Origin: Promethearchaeota archaeon
Lineage (GTDB): Archaea; Asgardarchaeota; Lokiarchaeia; Sigyniarchaeales; SOKP01
Assembly (NCBI GenBank): GCA_029838195.1
Contig: JALGVJ010000006.1
Location: forward strand, 1-64,000
Direction: 5' to 3'
Length of the DNA stretch: 64,000 nt
Part shown: positions 62,266 to 64,000 of the stretch, in pieces
Position numbering within the stretch: the first letter of the stretch is position 1
Layout: every line of letters begins with the position of its first letter
The notes under the pieces: model-generated
What the model was told of the DNA's origin: nothing
Database searches by the model: none
Seen by the model: only the letters and a program-made list of their open reading frames with translations
Made by a program: the position numbers and the translations under genes

Positions 62266-62389
62266 TTTCAACGATTAGAAAAAATTTAATATGATTCAGA
62301 ATCGTATTTAAGGTTTAACTTTTATTATTTCAACGATTAGAAAAAATTTAATATGATTCAGAATCGTATTTAAGGTTTAACTTTTATTA
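62266..62389 (+). repeat. Perfect 62-bp tandem duplication containing a BRE/TATA-like element
   Basis: tttcaacgattagaaaaaatttaatatgattcagaatcgtatttaaggtttaacttttatta at 62266-62327 and 62328-62389. Confidence 0.95.
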
Positions 62390-62452
62390 AAGAATGTTCA
62401 TTCTAAAAAGGAAGGAATACATGCTCAAGTTTTAAGGAGAAAAGTAATAAAA

Positions 62453-63253
62453 ATGGAATCTTTCGACTTCAGCTCTTTTAAAGAAGCACGAAGGAATTTT
62501 CAATATGATTACATCTTTATCGATGCGATTTTTTATGTTTTGTGGGTAATTACTCTTATAAAGAATAGAAAGTGGAAGGCGCTCAAGGCTGGATTAGTCT
62601 CGGGATTTATCGTATATTTCATTGATGCTATTTGGTGGTGGAACATGCCTGCCGGAAAGAATTACCCCGTGGGGACGTATGTTCGAGAATACTGGATAGG
62701 GGGCATTCAGATGCCGCATCCTCTGGGATCCTATTTTTGGCTAAAATTTTGGGCGGATTTCATGATGTGTTTTTCTTATTCCATGTTCATGTTCGCATGG
62801 TTATGGATCGTGCTTGATAATTACAAGGAGAAAAATTTAAAATCTTCTCTGTTCTACAGCTTTTTCCTATTTGGAGCATGGTTGGTCACGCCGTTTCTAT
62901 CCCAACTTTTACCTCTTGATGATACGGTTGTTAATACCGTGCGACACATGGACACCCAATTTACTACATGGATCGTAAATGTTATTATAGGCTATAGTAT
63001 ATTGAGTATCCTGTATGTAGGAGGCATTAAGGTTTCCAGAGAGCCCCGTATTTTGGGCTTGGTTTTTCTCGTGGGGTGTTTGGGTTCTTTTTTCATGGAA
63101 TTTCCTCTCTTCTTATCGGGAATCCGTCCAACAGGAATATCATTTTTACTTTTTGAAGTGGTCTTTTTATTTAACCAAGGAGCGCCCTATTTGTACCTTC
63201 TTCACGATAAAATTTTACCTTTCTTGGGAAAGAAACTTGGATCAAGGGGATGA
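62453..63253 (+). CDS. Hypothetical multi-pass membrane protein
   Basis: About 7 TM; AAGGAG upstream. Confidence 0.7.
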   Translation: MESFDFSSFKEARRNFQYDYIFIDAIFYVLWVITLIKNRKWKALKAGLVSGFIVYFIDAIWWWNMPAGKNYPVGTYVREYWIGGIQMPHPLGSYFWLKFWADFMMCFSYSMFMFAWLWIVLDNYKEKNLKSSLFYSFFLFGAWLVTPFLSQLLPLDDTVVNTVRHMDTQFTTWIVNVIIGYSILSILYVGGIKVSREPRILGLVFLVGCLGSFFMEFPLFLSGIRPTGISFLLFEVVFLFNQGAPYLYLLHDKILPFLGKKLGSRG

Positions 63254-63279
63254 GTCATCAAGACCGTTTTAGACACACC

Positions 63280-64000
63280 TTATTTTTTCATTGATTCGAT
63301 GAATTGAGCAACCCAATCCAGCTTATCCTTGGACGTTAAAAGCATTTCTTGAGGAAATTCAACGCTTCGTGAGTAAATATCCGATACAACCGGAAAATTA
63401 GCATCATTGCTTTTTGAACCGCCCCAGTTTGCGGAGCTATAGTCAATCCCCTTGCGCAAATCCACATTTTTGAAACAATCCAATCCATGGAGGGGGGGAT
63501 AGCAATCATCCGTGGGAATGCCATTATCATTTAATGTCTTGTAAAATTGCTCTTTAGTAATGTTGCCAAATTTTTCGGGTTCGAAAACAAAGGGATAAAC
63601 GTACCAGCCTAATTCGGTCGTTCCTGGTGTTGGTTTCATTGTCCGAATTCCATTAATAGCATTGAGTTTTTGAGAAAGATATCTGGCATTCTGATTTCTC
63701 AGCTCATGTTGTTGTGGGAATCTTTTTAATTGAACATTTAACACGGCCGCCTGATATTCGCTCATTCTAAAATTAGAACCGTATCTAAAATGTTTATAAA
63801 AATATTCATTCTTGTTTCTGCCACAGTCAGAAATGGAATAGATTAAATCAGCCAATTCATCATCGTTAGTTATTATAGCACCACCCTCTCCAGCAGTTAA
63901 TACTTTTGAAGCTTGGAAACTAAAAGTCCCAGCGTGGCCCCACGTGCCCGCCCTTTTTCCCTTATATCTTGAGCCGTGAGCATGAGAACAATCTTCTACG
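63280..64000 (-). CDS. DegT/DnrJ/EryC1/StrS sugar aminotransferase (5' end outside window)
   Basis: EDCSHAHG, FSFQASK.LTAGEGG, GSNFRMSEYQAA. Confidence 0.93.
   Translation of the reverse strand, partial: VEDCSHAHGSRYKGKRAGTWGHAGTFSFQASKVLTAGEGGAIITNDDELADLIYSISDCGRNKNEYFYKHFRYGSNFRMSEYQAAVLNVQLKRFPQQHELRNQNARYLSQKLNAINGIRTMKPTPGTTELGWYVYPFVFEPEKFGNITKEQFYKTLNDNGIPTDDCYPPLHGLDCFKNVDLRKGIDYSSANWGGSKSNDANFPVVSDIYSRSVEFPQEMLLTSKDKLDWVAQFIESMKK

Noticed and set aside
62266-62389. CRISPR array
   Set aside because: Two abutting identical units, no spacers, no cas genes
1926-63530. Numerous short ORFs nested in or antisense to long genes
   Set aside because: Shadows of well-supported CDSs with no motifs

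Overview
AT-rich (~30% GC) archaeal chromosomal window, almost certainly from an Asgard archaeon (Lokiarchaeia). It encodes a Loki-type profilin, two Rab-like small GTPases, a longin+winged-helix protein, ribosomal proteins L38e and L40e, SepRS and a thermosome, among housekeeping genes (thrS, aspS, truD, pth2, map, prs, ribK, ribL). I could support no rRNA, tRNA or CRISPR array. All product calls rest on motif recognition by eye, not database searches. Beyond the ORF track I found: two genes that need a non-canonical (ATA/ATT) start; two small genes below the track cut-off (L40e, a 56-aa Zn finger behind Alba); several decayed gene remnants (iscU/hydrolase duplicate, IS200/IS605 tnpB, GT4 glycosyltransferase); a perfect 62-bp promoter duplication; and strong over-representation of the palindrome TCATGA. 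The best candidates for undescribed systems are a membrane-anchored bPH_2-XRE regulator paired with a second XRE, the TCATGA iteration, and an unassigned PLP-enzyme/glycoside-hydrolase/FixCX/Lin0512/Gfo/DegT cluster at the right end.
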